Below are positions 61,473-64,000 of a stretch of 64,000 bases of DNA, piece after piece. The stretch spans positions 17,470,795 through 17,534,794 of the forward strand of contig NC_092670.1 in the NCBI RefSeq assembly GCF_964355755.1, given 5' to 3'. This DNA is from Antedon mediterranea (Eukaryota > Animalia > Echinodermata). Each line of letters begins with the position of its first letter. The first letter of the stretch is position 1. The position numbers and the translations under genes were made by a program. Under the pieces are notes generated by a model. That model searched no databases and was not told the DNA's origin. It worked only from the letters and a program-made list of their open reading frames with translations.

Positions 61473-61980
61473 CAGATACAGATACAGATAATTTTTATTG
61501 TCCAACCTAAACTGGAAATTGCATTTGCTCACTTATCACATAAAAATATCGTATAAAAATATCGTATAAAAATAAAGTATAAAATGTAGAATAACAATAT
61601 AAAAATACACAATGATTAAAATAGTACATCATAAAATTACAGCTCAAAAATATTTAAGTTAAAAATACAGATCATTACAAAACGGTTTAAAAAGTGTCTT
61701 ATATTTCATTATTAATTATATATTATATTATTATTATTGTTATTATCAAAATTATTGTAGTTACCTCTTAAAGTCATCGTTAAATTTTTAAATCCCAGCT
61801 GGGAGAAATGAATTTGAGTATCGACCCGTCCGCGCCAACACCGGCCTCAGTCTACCACTTCTACCAATGTGGCAGCGAAGAAGATCCGAATGAAGGGGGT
61901 GGCTTTCCTCCTCCTTGTTGACAACAATGTATAGTAGAACCACCTTAACTTGGCCATGGTTGTAAACACCCACACACGTT
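61473..61980 (-). mobile_element. LINE 3' fragment (L2/Rex-Babar-like)
   Basis: HPLH...SGRLR...RTGRYSNSFLP C-terminal signature; 3' end has AATAAA and a (TATCTG)n tail at 61473-61500. Confidence 0.7.
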
Positions 61981-64000
61981 TGGCTATTGTTTCAGACAAT
62001 GCTGAACAATTATAGGACTAGATATATAGTTGTTTTGACATTTTTAAAACCTTTTTAATTTGTCTATTGTTCATTATAAAATATAAATTTTTGCAACTTG
62101 ATAATACCCTCTCTTATTTTTCATCAGCGGTAAAAAAGCAGAACGAGCATCGTGAAATATAAGTCTCCTTTTAAAAAGGGTTGTACAGGACATTTTTTGC
62201 TTTAACAAAACTGACAAAAAAGTAAATGTACCAACAATATAGACGCACTGATACAATACACTTTTATTGGTATTATGTAATCTAGGTCCTCAAATGAACC
62301 CAGAACTGTAGAATTCCAGACAATTCAAGATAAAAGAATAAACCACCAATATATTCCATTTAATTATACAGAAGTTTATTGAACAAGATAAGCTCCATTT
62401 TTATGAAGTTCAAACACAAATTTGATAAAAAATATTTAAATAGTTTTTATATATTTAAAAGTCCAATGTTATGTTCATCTTTTCAGTGGTAATCGCATTG
62501 ATCTTCTATGGCTGTGTCACTGAAGGTCAAGGTCAAAGTTCATTAACCAATACCTGGTACCTGGTTAATTAGACACCCTATGAATGAATGAAGGTTAGTT
62601 AGGAGAGATCTACTGAACTGTAAAGAACTACATGCTGGTTTTAATGTATGAACACTGGTATGACATCATCAAAAGACAGCCTGCATTATGTTGGGAGGTC
62701 TAACTCCCACTCAGATACAACCACACAATAATGCAGGATACAAAGCCATAGTAAAATGTATTAGGTTAAAACTTGACCCAATTGTGTGTTTGGTGGACTT
62801 ATTAGACCCCAATTTATTTAAGTTTACTGTACTGTACAATGTTGACACCATTCACCAGCAAGGAAACGACACAGAAAAATATATTTGATACCTTATGAGA
62901 CCATCTCAGAATTATTCTACTGCAGTTACTGTAATTATCAAGCATGTTTTGAGTATCAATCATACAGTGTGTTTATTGCAGTGGCTGTCTTCTACATTGA
63001 AACACAACATGTAATATACTACAGTAGAATAATTTTGACATTAATTAAAATGCAACAAATTATTTTTGATATCTCCCTGTATAATCTTACCAAGTTTCAC
63101 AAGATGTCATGGTGTAATGTTTTATAATCACAGTGTAAAAAGATAATACAAAATTAAGCACATACAATAATGTTACATTAGGACCTGTTTCTGCTGCATC
63201 CTCAAAATACGGTATATTTCATTCAGTATTTTGAGTCCCCCGTTTCTTAATAGAAGCATTATCTTGTGTTATAAATTATCTTTTTTACCCAACCTGCCTT
63301 TCAATCCCCCAAAATAGGGACAAATTATTCCTTCTTTGCCCAAATCAGAATTTGTTGTTAGCGATGTTGTAGCCTCCACTTTCACATTCTCTTTTTGTTT
63401 TTTTATTGTTTGTTTTAACGACAAGTCCTCACATCCGTAATCTCCTTTAAATTTTGCTATTAATTTATTTTTCTAAATCTGGCTGTCTTGTTTGTTTTTA
63501 ATTTTCCCGAAATCTCTGTTTCCTGAACAGATTAATTGCAAATGTTGTGATGTTGTTCTTTACTATCGTTGACTATAGACATGTGTAAAAATCTAAATAT
63601 ATGGTATTGGCAGCAGGGAAGGGTACACAAAATATGGTATCAATTTATAAATACCATATTTTATTTGGTGGAGCAAAATACGGTATATTTTTGCGAGCAC
63701 CATTTCTGCTGCCAAAAAATACCATATAAAAATACCATATGGTACGTTTACACCTGTAAAGACGACTTTTTTGACACATAAAGGCTTTCACACATTTGAA
63801 TACCGATGTGAAATTTGTTTCAATAACATTTGATAATAGTGTGTGTATGTGTGTGAATCTGGTATTGATGTTTTACTTTTCTTCTTTATTTCAGACATAC
63901 AGTGAAGAATCTATAGCAAAAATAGAGAATCTGTGCAAAATCATAAATACATTAAAAAATGAAAATGTTTTTATAATAGTTATGTGATCACATAACAAGT

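Noticed and set aside
63180-63525. Possible upstream HDAC4 exon on the minus strand
   Set aside because: It has acceptor- and donor-like sites, but I found no ORF ending in the phase required by the 58969 exon; it may be UTR but is unsupported.

Overview
AT-rich, intron-containing animal genomic DNA; an invertebrate deuterostome, probably an echinoderm, inferred from the intronless GPCR expansion and a Tyr-type class IIa HDAC. I assembled these spliced genes by hand with consistent exon phases: inositol hexakisphosphate kinase (IP6K, +, 5 coding exons, one U12-type intron), METTL2-type tRNA m3C methyltransferase (+, 8 exons, one GC-AG intron), SNAPC1 (-, 9 coding exons, C-terminal AT-hook) and an HDAC4-like class IIa deacetylase (-, 22 exons visible, 5' end not found). 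A cluster of four intronless rhodopsin-like GPCR paralogues lies around SNAPC1: two intact, one frameshifted at an 11-bp VNTR, one fragment. The non-coding DNA holds several MITE families (one nested with an 8-bp TSD), LINE and SINE fragments, Penelope-type hammerhead ribozyme remnants and at least seven minisatellite arrays. I see no clearly new multi-gene system. The best leads are the decoy U12 acceptors in IP6K, the VNTR-controlled GPCR reading frame, the mosaic GPCR cluster with a shared MITE-derived upstream element, recurrent duplications of exon ends, and minisatellites derived from transposon ends.
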